Assembly: GCA_044356455.1 (NCBI GenBank)
Contig: JBIKWF010000006.1
Location: forward strand, 21,018-85,017
Source of the DNA: Bdellovibrionota bacterium
GTDB lineage: Bacteria; Bdellovibrionota_C; UBA2361; JBGSMV01
Direction: 5' to 3'
Length of the DNA stretch: 64,000 nucleotides
Under the pieces are notes generated by a model. That model saw nothing but the letters and a program-made list of their open reading frames with translations, was not told the DNA's origin and ran no database searches. Below are positions 39,368-50,011 of the stretch, piece after piece; within the stretch, counting starts at the first letter, position 1, and every line of letters starts with the position of its first letter. The position numbers and the translations under genes were made by a program.

Positions 39368-41278
39368 TTAGGCAAAGCAGCCCCTAATGCGCGGGGATAA
39401 GGTAATGGTCACATCAACGCTGAGATGTCTTATGTAGAGATTCGCGACTAAGTTCCCATCGACTTCCTGTGAGGAAACTGGGAGATTTTCAAAGATAGGG
39501 GGCAATTTCTCAGGCAGATCACCCCGCCTTCGGATTGCCGAAAGGAGGCGATCAGCGAACTTCATTCTTTCCGCTTTTTCGGCAGGTGACGGACCCTCTT
39601 CTTCCAACTCAGGCCACTCAATATTTATCTCCATACGATCGGGATACAAAATTTCCGATTCAATAAGACCCGCGTTGGTGATGGTTGGGTCTTCTACTTC
39701 AAAATCAGGACTAGTATCGTACTCTTCCAAGGGATCTATCGGCTCATCGGAAGTTGGTTTGCCCTCATCGACTAAGGATTCCTCTTCTCCACTAAGGTCG
39801 GGGAAATCTGCGGCAACACCATAAAGTCTTAGAATCGGCCCGCCTCCACCTTTGGGAAGAATCTCAAGGTAGCGACTCAACTGCGCTTCCTGACCTGCAT
39901 TTGAGACAAGAGTGGTTCCATGTTCAATCTTCCTCGAACCCTTAGCGCCAAGCACAAGCAGCGCTTCCTCGGAAAGCTCATCTCCCCGCAGAAGAAATCC
40001 GGCGATGTTAAGGCTGATTTTCTCGCTCTCTGAGACTCCAAAAACTGAGAGCGTCTTTTCAATATGCCTTGCGCGGGCGGCCTGGACTCTAAGGCCTAGA
40101 AGCTCAGCACTATCACGTCTCAAGTATTCTGATTCTCGCTCAGCCTTAATTCTCATCAGCAGATCATAATCTGCTTGAAGGGCATCAAGCGTCGTCTTAG
40201 GACCAACCGGGATCAGTAAGTCAGAGATTTCAATGAACGCCAGTTCTATTCCACTGTCAGGAGCATCAAAAACCTGCCTCGCCTCCTGAAGGAGTCCTTC
40301 GAGTTCTTCCCGCGTCCTGCCCTCAAGATCGAGGCTGGCGACCTCACAATGTCCGAATAGCTTCTTAAGAATGCTGATACGGTTGGATTCCAGCTCCTCA
40401 ATCGAGCGAGTAATACAATACGAGAGCAGATCTGGCCGAGCGGCAAGGTGCTCATCGTATAGATTAGATAAGGCACTCGGTTTTTCTGGCCCAAGATGAA
40501 CCCAGATCTTGCCCTCAAGCAGCTCTATCCTGCTTCCCTGAGAGATTCCCTTTCGAGGCACCTCGAGATCTAAATGTAGATCCTCTTGCGCCTCAAAGAG
40601 CACCTCAGTTACCGCGCCCAGTTCTTCCCACCTGTCAGGCTCAGATTTCAAGTGACGGGCAAGCTCCTCCTCCCAGACCAGTCTCACCTCGAAAAGATTT
40701 TCACTGTCTCCAATCGAGCACAAGATTCGCAGAGGAACAGAACTCGAATTAGCTCCAAATCTAAATCCCTGACGAGTAATGAGTAAGTCTCTCCCGGAAG
40801 TAACGACCGCTGAAGCGCAGTACGCGGAAAGACTGATATCGGGCGCACATGGGTAGCTAAGCAGCACCTCGACTGGGTCGAGGGCTTCGCGCTTTTGGAG
40901 TTCCGAAAGAGTCCCATCAATAAGATTTCTCAGCTGCTCTGCATGCTCATCACTCAACTCGCCATGCTCCTGGGTCCCATACTGCAGGGCAGCATAAATT
41001 ATGTTGATTGCCTCAATCTGGCTGCATGCCTCGAAGAGAACCTCATGCAAGGCAAAAGAGGCAGGTGAAAGCGCGAGGTTGGGATCCAGCTTATTCTGGC
41101 GTGGGGCCTGCCCATTCCTTGGAAGCGAAGTCCCGGAATCAGCGGAGGAGCGGCTCTCAGGTGCGGAACCATCTTTTGACGCAGGAGTATCCCTAGGAGA
41201 AGGCTCCGACGATTCTTCTGGATTCACTACAACCACCAGATCCAAGACGACAAATGGGAGGAGAATCCCTACCGCCAC
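39368..41278 (-). CDS. Hypothetical acidic protein
   Basis: 636-aa ORF with disordered Ser/Pro-rich N-terminus, very Glu/Leu-rich; start uncertain. Confidence 0.7.
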   Translation of the reverse strand: MAVGILLPFVVLDLVVVVNPEESSEPSPRDTPASKDGSAPESRSSADSGTSLPRNGQAPRQNKLDPNLALSPASFALHEVLFEACSQIEAINIIYAALQYGTQEHGELSDEHAEQLRNLIDGTLSELQKREALDPVEVLLSYPCAPDISLSAYCASAVVTSGRDLLITRQGFRFGANSSSVPLRILCSIGDSENLFEVRLVWEEELARHLKSEPDRWEELGAVTEVLFEAQEDLHLDLEVPRKGISQGSRIELLEGKIWVHLGPEKPSALSNLYDEHLAARPDLLSYCITRSIEELESNRISILKKLFGHCEVASLDLEGRTREELEGLLQEARQVFDAPDSGIELAFIEISDLLIPVGPKTTLDALQADYDLLMRIKAERESEYLRRDSAELLGLRVQAARARHIEKTLSVFGVSESEKISLNIAGFLLRGDELSEEALLVLGAKGSRKIEHGTTLVSNAGQEAQLSRYLEILPKGGGGPILRLYGVAADFPDLSGEEESLVDEGKPTSDEPIDPLEEYDTSPDFEVEDPTITNAGLIESEILYPDRMEINIEWPELEEEGPSPAEKAERMKFADRLLSAIRRRGDLPEKLPPIFENLPVSSQEVDGNLVANLYIRHLSVDVTITLSPRIRGCFA

Positions 41279-41427
41279 GCGGCATATTAGTCAAAGAATT
41301 ATGAAGAATCTGTAGCGAGGAGACTTTTAGAAAAGCCCCTGCCCCCACCTGAATTCAGGCCCCGCCCCAGGCTGGAACATGTGCGGTTTGCTACGGCCCC
41401 CTCTTTTGTGCATAATTCCAATGATCT

Positions 41428-41928
41428 ATGGAAGCGCGCGTTAGGTCAATGCAAATAGAAGATCTCCCGTCAGTGCTAGGAGTTCAATCTTCCTGCTATT
41501 TTGAGGTTGAGCCTGAGTCCGAGGCGTCACTCAGGGCGAAACTCCTCGCTTCCCCAACCACCTGCTTTATCGCTGAGCATAAGGGAAAAGTAGTCGGATA
41601 CTTGATTGCAGTCCCCTCACGATTTGAGAGCCCGCCAGAATTTGACGCGCCCTACTACGATGTACCCCCTTACCCGAATGCCCTTTATCTTCATGACTTG
41701 GCCGTGGCTCCCGAGGGACGCGGCTCGGGTGCGGGAAAGATGCTCGTGACAGAGTTTATAAGCCGTTTTCGCGCATCCGAACTCCCCCGCGCCTGTCTGA
41801 TTGCTATTCAAGACTCAGCCTCGTATTGGGAGCGCTATGGGTTTCATATTGTTATGCCCTCCGAATCCCCTCAGGCGAAGATTGAAAGCTACGGAAACAA
41901 TGCCAAGTACATGGAGCTGCTACAATGA
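41428..41928 (+). CDS. GNAT family N-acetyltransferase
   Basis: LYLHDLAVAPEGRGSGAG, YWERYGF. Confidence 0.92.
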   Translation: MEARVRSMQIEDLPSVLGVQSSCYFEVEPESEASLRAKLLASPTTCFIAEHKGKVVGYLIAVPSRFESPPEFDAPYYDVPPYPNALYLHDLAVAPEGRGSGAGKMLVTEFISRFRASELPRACLIAIQDSASYWERYGFHIVMPSESPQAKIESYGNNAKYMELLQ

Positions 41929-43013
41929 AACTTCTCTGCTCGGTTCTCCTTTCGTTGCTTCTTCTCACTGCCACCCCTGCCCCAGCCGAGACGCCCCCCG
42001 CGAAACAAATGGTCATAGGAGTGCCCACGCTTCTTTCAGGCGACTGGGCTGAACTTGGTGGAAATATTGAAAAGACTATACGAACGTACCAGAAGCACTA
42101 TCTGCGGCATCCGGTAGAGTTTACGTTCGAAGACGCAAAAATATCTGGGATTGATGGGCTCAAGGCCTATCAAAATTTGATAAATGTCAAACATGTTGAT
42201 CTGCTCATTGGGGCGACTTCTTCTAATGGTACGATGGCAGGAGCTCCTCTCATCAACAGCTCGCGCACGCTTATGATTTCACCCGTTACCGGCGGAAGTA
42301 ACGTGGATAATGCCGGGGAATGGATCTTTCGGCTGGGAAATAGCGATGTGCTAAACGGGAAACTCCAGGCAGAAATCTTGAAAAAGCGCGGGCTTAACAA
42401 AGTCGCGGTTCTCACAGAAGAAACAGAGTACACACTCGACATTGCCAAAGTATTTGAAGCTGCGTTTCGTGAGGGAGGTGGGGAGATATCTTACTCCAAC
42501 ACTTTTCAGCCAAGCACCACTGACTTTCGTTCTCAGCTCACGCTTCTACTAAGGTCCAAACCTGCTGCCATCTTCATTCCCACTCAGACGGGAAGTGCGC
42601 TTGCGCTTATTCTCAATCAGCTCTCACAACTGGGCACCTTTGATGGAGAGATTCACACCACCTTCACTGCGGCAGACAACCCTGACGCGAATGCCCTCGC
42701 GCGAGGAAAGTTCAAAGGACTCCATTATCTTGCGCCCGCATACGCCAAAGATCATCCGCGACTTAAAGAATTCCTTGAGTTCTATAGAAGTGAGCACAAA
42801 CGGGAACCTCTTATTTTGTTTCACAGCGCCGCCGTGATTGATGCCCTAGACATTCTTCAAGCCTTTCTCGATAAGGCCGGTCACTATAATTCCGACAAAT
42901 TTCGCACCCACCTCCTTACGAGCGTGAAGAATTATTCTGGGCTCCTTGGCCATTTCTCATTCGACGAAGCGGGGAATGCAAACACGAGCTTTGTGCCCGC
43001 TCGAATTGAGTAG
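41925..43013 (+). CDS. Periplasmic binding protein, LivJ/K-like family
   Basis: Signal peptide, LSGDWAELG, WIFRL, TTDFRSQL, GHFSFDEAGN. Confidence 0.88.
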   Translation: MKLLCSVLLSLLLLTATPAPAETPPAKQMVIGVPTLLSGDWAELGGNIEKTIRTYQKHYLRHPVEFTFEDAKISGIDGLKAYQNLINVKHVDLLIGATSSNGTMAGAPLINSSRTLMISPVTGGSNVDNAGEWIFRLGNSDVLNGKLQAEILKKRGLNKVAVLTEETEYTLDIAKVFEAAFREGGGEISYSNTFQPSTTDFRSQLTLLLRSKPAAIFIPTQTGSALALILNQLSQLGTFDGEIHTTFTAADNPDANALARGKFKGLHYLAPAYAKDHPRLKEFLEFYRSEHKREPLILFHSAAVIDALDILQAFLDKAGHYNSDKFRTHLLTSVKNYSGLLGHFSFDEAGNANTSFVPARIE

Positions 43014-43031
43014 CGTTTACGTGGGGGCACT

Positions 43032-44303
43032 TTGGACTCGAAGAATGGTACCGTTTTTGCCCCCTCTCGCACTGAGGGCCTCTCACGTCTTGAGCGCTTT
43101 TCAATCTCGATGGGAGAGGCGTATGCCCGAAATCGGAATTTCGACCTGGGCCCCGATGATCGCTCAAACGTTTCTCTCCTTTCCCCGTATGTCCGTAGTC
43201 GACTCGTGCTTGAAGAGGAGCTCATTGAAAGAGCACTGCACAAAAGGTCCCTGCAAGAAGTGGAAAAGTTTGTCCAAGAGGTATTTTGGCGTGCCTATTG
43301 GAAGGGCTGGCTCGAACTGAGGCCTCACGTTTGGGATGAGTATCAGAAGAACCTCAAAATTCATCTGGGCGACGCAATGATTCTTGAGCGGTACCACGCA
43401 GCCTGCTCGGGGAATACCCCTTACGAGTGTTTTAATTCCTGGGGCCAAGAGCTGAATGAAACCGGATATCTCCACAATCATGCTCGCATGTGGTTTGCCA
43501 GCATTTGGATATTTTATCTTGGTCTTCCCTGGGAACTAGGCGCAGATTACTTCTACCAGCGCCTACTTGATGGAGATGCGGCAAGCAACACGCTCAGCTG
43601 GCGCTGGGTTGCGGGACTCCAGACGGTGGGTAAGCAGTATGTCGCAGATAGCGCGAATATTGAAAAGTATACGGTAAATCGCTTTAGTGTAAAAGGTTTG
43701 AACGCAAGCGAAATTCAGCCACTGAAAGCGGTCCCGCCGTCATCTCACAGTCCTGCTGCATACGAATATCTTACCGGTGAGGCAGATGATGCAAAGCGAC
43801 CAAGCATACTCCTTCTCACCGATGAGGATTTACTAATTGAAAAATCTCTCTTCTCTACGTGGAATATCCAAAGAGTAATAGGACTAAGTCCCCAGCTCAT
43901 ACAAAATGAGCAGCAGCTCTCAGACCTCGTGCTCAATTTTCGAAGCGAAGCCTTGAAGGATGGAATGGCGAGGGCCAAAGCTCACTTTGGAGTTGAGGCA
44001 ACTACAGTACTCTCAGCGAGTGAACTCTCTGAACTGCTCCGCGCGGCAGCTAAAGAGAGAGCAGTGCTCGCACTCATGCGCCCTCGAGTTGGTTATTGGA
44101 AGGATTTCCTTGGAGCGGCCGGAATTGGAAAGCAGTCAGCAACCTTTCCTATCGTCACCATGCGAGAACGGGCATGGGATAGTCTGCTATACCCGCGAGC
44201 GGTCCATGGATTCTTTAAGTTTAAAGATCTTATCCCTCTCGCAATACGCGACTTAGGAAAAACACCCGACCTACAAGAAACTAGTAGAGGTGCAGCTTCG
44301 TAA
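43032..44303 (+). CDS. Photolyase-family protein with N-terminal FAD-binding domain (inverted domain order)
   Basis: VSLLSPY, KFVQEVFWRAYWKG, TGYLHNHARMWFASIW, LLDGDAASNTLSWRWVAG all in the N-terminal half. Confidence 0.9.
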   Translation: MDSKNGTVFAPSRTEGLSRLERFSISMGEAYARNRNFDLGPDDRSNVSLLSPYVRSRLVLEEELIERALHKRSLQEVEKFVQEVFWRAYWKGWLELRPHVWDEYQKNLKIHLGDAMILERYHAACSGNTPYECFNSWGQELNETGYLHNHARMWFASIWIFYLGLPWELGADYFYQRLLDGDAASNTLSWRWVAGLQTVGKQYVADSANIEKYTVNRFSVKGLNASEIQPLKAVPPSSHSPAAYEYLTGEADDAKRPSILLLTDEDLLIEKSLFSTWNIQRVIGLSPQLIQNEQQLSDLVLNFRSEALKDGMARAKAHFGVEATTVLSASELSELLRAAAKERAVLALMRPRVGYWKDFLGAAGIGKQSATFPIVTMRERAWDSLLYPRAVHGFFKFKDLIPLAIRDLGKTPDLQETSRGAAS

Positions 44304-44311
44304 CATTGCGC

Positions 44312-44339
44312 TCAATTCTTGGAGCAAAAAGGCCGAAGA
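44312..44339 (+). promoter_or_regulatory. Candidate sigma28 promoter
   Basis: TCAAT-N15-GCCGAAGA upstream of the YjfB-like gene. Confidence 0.5.
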
Positions 44340-44406
44340 TATCCTTGGTAACGGAGTACCCTCGCCTGCGCACTCATGCGACTGCGAGAATTACAAGGAG
44401 TGGTGT

Positions 44407-44598
44407 ATGGCTGGAGACGATCTTAGTATTTCAGGAATCTCCTCGCGTAAGCTCGAAGCCACTGCGGAGAAATTTCAAGTGGCGGTGCTGAAGAAAGCCG
44501 TTGATTCTCAGGGCGAAGTTGCCAAACAACTCATAGAAGCATCTACCGCATCCGCGCTCCCTGATGGAGTTGGTCGAAGACTCAATACCGTGGCGTAA
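44407..44598 (+). CDS. YjfB-like putative motility protein
   Basis: QVAVLKKAVDSQGEVAKQLI...GVGRRLNTVA; AAGGAG RBS. Confidence 0.8.
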   Translation: MAGDDLSISGISSRKLEATAEKFQVAVLKKAVDSQGEVAKQLIEASTASALPDGVGRRLNTVA

Positions 44599-44631
44599 GA
44601 GATCTCGAGCATTCTATAGCTAAGCACCGCA

Positions 44632-44659
44632 CGGCACCCTGAGGACAGGGCGCCCTACC
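44632..44659 (-). repeat. GTAG REP-like palindrome
   Basis: CGGCACCCTGAGGACAGGGCGCCCTACC, one mismatch to 3181-3208. Confidence 0.88.
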
Positions 44660-44820
44660 TGAGAACGCTGCGCGAATGAGGAATCGCTCACTCTACACCT
44701 ACTTTTATTGCTCGCTGTTCCATTACACCATTGCATCACGAAGTGCTAAGAGTTTTCCGGGGCGTCTCCTTCTCCCCCCCCAAAAAATGGTTCCGGCCCG
44801 TATCTCTTCGTCAAAATCTG

Positions 44821-44836
44821 CGGCACACAGTTTGCA
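44821..44836 (+). promoter_or_regulatory. Candidate sigma54 -24/-12 promoter
   Basis: CGGCACACAGTTTGCA, GG-N10-GC, upstream of the secreted repeat protein. Confidence 0.55.
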
Positions 44837-44929
44837 TAAGTAAATCAAAGATTGGTTCCCACCCTTTCATAACACCCCCTAATTACCTGGCGCTATTTTT
44901 GCTCCACCTTTTATTGCCGTGCGCAGCAA

Positions 44930-46036
44930 ATGCGCGCGGCATTGGGAATGTTATTTGGTGGGGAACATATGAGGTTGTATTTTGGGTTGCTTTTACCTGG
45001 GTGCCTTGCCGCTGCGCTAAGTTCTGGAATAGCCGGTGGGGTCGCCAACGCTCAATTAAATCAAGCGATCACGGGGCCAACGTGTCAAGAAGTAGGTAGG
45101 TTTCGGCCTATCGACATGAACGAATCAGGCCAAGTGCTTGGTACCGATGAGATTGCAGAAATAGTAGTAACCAAAGGGAGAACGACGCGATTCTCCCTGC
45201 CACGTTCCTCTGGTGTGAACATCCCGATGTTCCTCGATACTCAAGGACGTATTGTATATAGCCAGCTCCCGGGCGCCGACGCTGACCTCGAATATATGAC
45301 GCTAGTAACTGACCCTGCACGGCGCTCAGTGCAGCGGCGAATTCAAATGCATGTCTTAGGCTACCCGAGCCTCTCAGGCGATGTGGTGGGATTTCGGCCA
45401 CCTTCTGCTGACCCCAGCGCTGGAAATACTCCGCTTCTAGGTTCACTTCTTACGGGTGCCACTCTGGAAATGCAGGAAGCTGGCCTTCCGGCTGAATCCT
45501 GGGCTGCTGCAATTAGCGCTGGAGGCCTCATTCTGGCCTACTCTCCGGCCCATGGCGGACGCCCCTCCGGATACATAACCTTCAATCGTCGTACCCTACA
45601 GACTCAAAGTTTGGCGATCCCAGGCCATTGCGTGCCGCGGGGTGTGAATGACTTTGGCGATGTTGTTGGTGAGTGCAATGATGGCGCGACCAGCTTCCCC
45701 TTTGCTTCGATTCATGGACGAGTAACCAACCTTCGTGATGTCTTTGGATCGGGGCTCGGAAGTACGCAGATAAACAATCAGAGGATGGTGCTTAATTCGA
45801 GTCGGTCCAGCAGTGGGAACTTTTACCGTTCAGCACTCTGGAACGCTGACTTAGGCATGGTAATCGACCTAAACCGTGAAATTCCCTGTTTGGGAAATCT
45901 GACCCAATCGGTTCGCGCAGTGCGAATAACTGAGAAGGGAGATATTTTAGTTGAGGCCAGGGGAGTTCCCAACGAACTACCCCGTGCCGTTATTATCCGA
46001 AACGCTGGTAGCGTATTGACTGCAAGGCTCGAGTAA
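44930..46036 (+). CDS. Secreted beta-repeat protein (HAF-repeat-like)
   Basis: Signal peptide (likely start MRLYF); DMNESGQVLG, GVNDFGDVVG, INNQRMV, VIDLN repeats. Confidence 0.75.
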   Translation: MRAALGMLFGGEHMRLYFGLLLPGCLAAALSSGIAGGVANAQLNQAITGPTCQEVGRFRPIDMNESGQVLGTDEIAEIVVTKGRTTRFSLPRSSGVNIPMFLDTQGRIVYSQLPGADADLEYMTLVTDPARRSVQRRIQMHVLGYPSLSGDVVGFRPPSADPSAGNTPLLGSLLTGATLEMQEAGLPAESWAAAISAGGLILAYSPAHGGRPSGYITFNRRTLQTQSLAIPGHCVPRGVNDFGDVVGECNDGATSFPFASIHGRVTNLRDVFGSGLGSTQINNQRMVLNSSRSSSGNFYRSALWNADLGMVIDLNREIPCLGNLTQSVRAVRITEKGDILVEARGVPNELPRAVIIRNAGSVLTARLE

Positions 46037-46121
46037 AATCAACTACGAATTACGAGGGGTGCGCCGAGGTACTACCAAGGCGCACCTCTCACTCCCGATG
46101 GCGGAGACGTTGAATCGCTCC

Positions 46122-49007
46122 CTACCAGAACTCTCGCAACATCCCATCTTTTGTCACGACGGTGAGCAACGAACCTTCCTCTGAGAACCACGCACTCACA
46201 AGAGGACTCGGGAAATCTATCGAAGCGACTACTGCGGTACGGGCAAATCTATCCTTCGCCCGCAGTGAGAGAAGTTCTAAACGATGGGTATTCACGGCCG
46301 AGGTCGCACACAAGACCGTATCAGAATCTGGAGAGAAAATGGCTCGCGGGCTATTGTGCGGCAGCAACTCAGAGCTTAACGAATACTGAAGGCTATTGTC
46401 TCCCGGTTTCTCTGCGAGGCTGAAGTGGTACACGCTTCTGTTGATTGCCAACAAATCACCTTGGGAATTAAAACCAGCAAGGCCTCGGCCATGATGCAGC
46501 AGACCGAGATTGTACGTTCGCCATAATTCACTAAGCTCAGGCCTTGCGACTCCATTCGCCATAGAAAAGAGCTGAGCACAGACGACATATCCTTCAATGT
46601 TTGAGAGCAAGGCATGAGTACCATTTGGGTGGCGAACGGCGCGAGAAAGGCGCGACGACCGCCGCAGCCGTGCCACAGAGTCAGGCTCGGCGCCTTCTTT
46701 GGAGTCCTTCAGTTCTGCAAGGTTGAAATATTCGACTCGGCCTGAATCAAGCACCACCGCAAGCCATTTTCCATCGGCAGAGAAAAGAGAGGAAGCTACC
46801 GCATCCTTAACCACCCCAGTCCCGCCATATGCCCGGTCGAGAGCCGACCTTTGCGTATAATTGGCGTAATTTTTAGCAAAGGCGACACTTCCATCGTTCG
46901 TCTTCAGCACCAGGACATCTTCGTGGCCGAAAATAACAACCTGCGAGTCGTCCGGCGAAAACTCTGAGCCTGCTGACCGAGGCAGCGTGAAAGGAAGAAG
47001 CTGGTCATCCCAATATCCAAATTCTGTCCGCTTACAAAGCTTTACTGCACCACTGTCCGCGCTTATGAGCAGCAGCTTTTCGTTATGAGAGAGAAGAGCT
47101 GAGGAAGGCTGCAGTTGCAGGTCTATTTTCAAATCTGCATCTTGCAGGTGCAGCCGGCCTGTCGGACGAAAGCCGGCGCTAGAAGGGGCATTGCCTCCAA
47201 AGAGGGTATCCATGGTCTGAGCATCCACGAGCGACATCTCAAGACCCTTCGCTCTTCCGCCAATGATGAGTTCTTCGACATAGGTCGCCTCAGGTCTTAC
47301 ATCTGAAGTGGAGTTCGACGTATGGTGCGAAAAGAAGATAGTGGAAGTGCTTCCAAACAAAACAGTCCCGGGCTCAGTTCCTGGATATGCGCTCAGGCAA
47401 AGTTCTGGCTCACAGGTTCCGTCTTTCACCGTCAGCACTGAGAGATTTAGATTTTTTGTGTCGCGCTCAATACCTAAGACTGCAAGCCGACGTCCTTCGG
47501 GTGAGAAGGCAATAGTACATATCTTGGCAAGAGCAGGAAAACGAATCACGCGTCCCTCTGACAGTGATCCTTCCGTACTTATGGGAAGTAGATTGAGGCG
47601 CGGAGATTCCTCTTGGGAAGAAGCGACAGGAACAACGAGGCACGAGAGATCTGGGCTAATCTTGCAGCGAGGGTCGCCGAACTCAGGGCGCACATCGATG
47701 GCTTTAAATCCCTCTGCGCCATATGAAAGAAGCGCGCCCGATCTCTTGCCCTGACTTATGCCTTCAACAAGTACGAGCCCTATCTTGCCATTCCCCTCGG
47801 CGGCAACTAGTTCAACAAGCGGAGAGTCCCCTTTTTTATAGAGCCCCAGCAGCCTAGCGAACTTCTGCCCACGAAGAACGTGTTTCTCTGCCACGGCGTT
47901 ATCCGAAAGGTCAAAAAGCACGATCCCAGATCCTCTCTTGTCGGAGAGAAAGCCATAATGGAAATGCCGCATGCTGGAAATGGATCCCAGCATGGTAGAT
48001 TCCCCAACGGCGAGGGCGTCATTAAGAATCCATGGCAGGTTCTGGGCACTCACCTTTCTCTCTGCCGGGCCAATTCCTTTGAAGCGAAGGAGCTCGTGGG
48101 GGGCAAGCATCCAAAGTCCGCCCGCGCGGTCGTTTCGCTGAGCAATGATATCGCCATCACGGACCGGGAGACGGACCAGCGTGGTCTCCTGCTCACTCAT
48201 AGAGAGTCGCACTGAGGCTTCTTTATGCACTGCCTTGCATTCAAAACCACCTTCCGAAGCGCGGTTCAGCGAGAAATGCCCGTAGGCGCAAGGAGTCGCA
48301 AGCCGTGTCCGGCAGGTACCAATTATTCGACCACTTGGATCAGTAATTCTTCCGTATGAAACCAAATCTTGGTTTAGTGCAGTGGGAAGGATGCGCTCTC
48401 GCAATTCCTCACTACAACCGAGTAACACGTCACTCCTGCTCTCTTGAAAGGAGAAAGGGATTAGTTTTGGATAGAGCCCAAGTTCGGTTAACGCCTTAAG
48501 GGAAGGAGAAAGTGACGGCCGCCCGTCAAAAGCAACATCTTTCCCAAATTCAAGCCAGCCTTTCTCAGCTAAGGAAGCAGCAAATCCCCGAACCTCGCTC
48601 GCCTTGTACCAGGTATCGCCATCTTCTCCCGCACCTTGCAGACGGAAGAAGTAGCCTGCAATACTCTCTGGAGAACATGGCTTTTCCCACATGAGATAAG
48701 CCCAGAGTGTGATATCGAGAGTTGCACGCTCTTGCGGCGTGAGATCTTCAAGCAGCTCAATCCTCTCTCGAGCCCCTGCTACGGCAATTTGGCCAGCATA
48801 AGATTCAACACTTTCCGTAAATAGGGTAAAGGACATGTGAGGTGGTGACAGCGGTCGAGAGATGTACTCTGCAGCTACCTCTTCAAGTAATTTTGCTTTG
48901 ATGTGATCGAGGTCTGTTTCAGGCCCCTTCTTGAACCGCATCACCGGGAGGGACATCTCACGGTCTCCGGGGAGAGCCCCTTTTAAGTTTATAGAATCCT
49001 GCCGCAT
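46122..49007 (-). CDS. Large protein with WD40-like beta-propeller repeats
   Basis: Repeated ISPDLS, FSPEGRRLAV, FSPDDSQV, FSADGKWLAV, FNSQGDLLA, FSPDSD, FSEEGSLL. Confidence 0.78.
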   Translation of the reverse strand: MRQDSINLKGALPGDREMSLPVMRFKKGPETDLDHIKAKLLEEVAAEYISRPLSPPHMSFTLFTESVESYAGQIAVAGARERIELLEDLTPQERATLDITLWAYLMWEKPCSPESIAGYFFRLQGAGEDGDTWYKASEVRGFAASLAEKGWLEFGKDVAFDGRPSLSPSLKALTELGLYPKLIPFSFQESRSDVLLGCSEELRERILPTALNQDLVSYGRITDPSGRIIGTCRTRLATPCAYGHFSLNRASEGGFECKAVHKEASVRLSMSEQETTLVRLPVRDGDIIAQRNDRAGGLWMLAPHELLRFKGIGPAERKVSAQNLPWILNDALAVGESTMLGSISSMRHFHYGFLSDKRGSGIVLFDLSDNAVAEKHVLRGQKFARLLGLYKKGDSPLVELVAAEGNGKIGLVLVEGISQGKRSGALLSYGAEGFKAIDVRPEFGDPRCKISPDLSCLVVPVASSQEESPRLNLLPISTEGSLSEGRVIRFPALAKICTIAFSPEGRRLAVLGIERDTKNLNLSVLTVKDGTCEPELCLSAYPGTEPGTVLFGSTSTIFFSHHTSNSTSDVRPEATYVEELIIGGRAKGLEMSLVDAQTMDTLFGGNAPSSAGFRPTGRLHLQDADLKIDLQLQPSSALLSHNEKLLLISADSGAVKLCKRTEFGYWDDQLLPFTLPRSAGSEFSPDDSQVVIFGHEDVLVLKTNDGSVAFAKNYANYTQRSALDRAYGGTGVVKDAVASSLFSADGKWLAVVLDSGRVEYFNLAELKDSKEGAEPDSVARLRRSSRLSRAVRHPNGTHALLSNIEGYVVCAQLFSMANGVARPELSELWRTYNLGLLHHGRGLAGFNSQGDLLAINRSVYHFSLAEKPGDNSLQYSLSSELLPHNSPRAIFSPDSDTVLCATSAVNTHRLELLSLRAKDRFARTAVVASIDFPSPLVSAWFSEEGSLLTVVTKDGMLREFW

Positions 49008-49217
49008 GAAAATCTGGCTGCGCTCCTTTTTCGAAATTGGACAGGGATTCTAACACCTCAGAAGCCGCTACTCGAATTTGGGGGCGCACGATGACGTCGA
49101 AACCACAGGCGCAAGCCGTTGATTCTATTGCTGATTACCCAATGTAACTTTAAGAAAGACCAGATTGTGGGGGTATGCCAGGGTCCCCCGCGTGCACAGT
49201 AGTTTGCGCGCGGCATG

Positions 49218-49877
49218 TTAACGATGAGCTAACGCCGACATGATTCCAAGACCAACAAACACCGCTCCAGAAATATACGAACCTAACCTGCGCATATTCC
49301 CCGAGTTTGACAGGAGAGGAGCTACTTTACCGGCTGCAATCGCGTAAAGAGCATCTGTGCTCGCTGCAATTCCCACAAACAAAGCAGCAAGGCCAATGCT
49401 TTGTAACAAGGCGGAACCTTCGGACGAGACGAACTGAGGCAAGAAGGCAGCAAAAAAGAGCGCAGTCTTCGGATTAAGAAGCGCCACTAGAGCCCCTTCT
49501 TTAAAAACTACCGCTGCCGGCTGCTGCGAAAGAGAGAGCTCTGCGGCATCTTTGTCACTACGAAAAGACTTAACTCCAAGATAGATGAGATAGATCGCAC
49601 CGATGTATTTTACGATCGTAAAGGAAACTGAAGAGGCAGCAAAAAGCGCGGCAAGCCCCAAGGAAGCTCCGAGTGCATTGCCTAAATTTCCGATAGCAAC
49701 ACCCGCGACCGAGGCAAGTCCGGCCTTAGTTCCCTGGGACAGGCTCCGCGCGATAATGTACAACACGCCCGAGCCTGGTGTGAGCGCGAGGACAAGGCTT
49801 GCGGCAAGGAATGGGAGCAAGTATGAAAAAGACGATGAGTTTTCAAGCATAGAGCTCTCTTCGCAGAGTCCTTCCAC
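49218..49877 (-). CDS. LysE/RhtB family translocator
   Basis: LTPGSG, GAIYLIYLG, LLNPKTALFF. Confidence 0.93.
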   Translation of the reverse strand: MEGLCEESSMLENSSSFSYLLPFLAASLVLALTPGSGVLYIIARSLSQGTKAGLASVAGVAIGNLGNALGASLGLAALFAASSVSFTIVKYIGAIYLIYLGVKSFRSDKDAAELSLSQQPAAVVFKEGALVALLNPKTALFFAAFLPQFVSSEGSALLQSIGLAALFVGIAASTDALYAIAAGKVAPLLSNSGNMRRLGSYISGAVFVGLGIMSALAHR

Positions 49878-49942
49878 CTCGCGAGAATCGTGTAGGAAAT
49901 TCTCTGTGGATCACGGGCCCCTTATTCACTTCGACACCAAAC

Positions 49943-50011
49943 CTAGCCGTCATGTCTCACGGGATCCCTAACGGGTCCGTAACTGCGTTGGGAATCCGCC
50001 ATCTCGTCTAG
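49943..50011. repeat. YTAR-CCG...CTCAC family element
   Basis: Near copy of 33301-33360; bounded by CTAG at 49943 and 50008. Confidence 0.75.
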
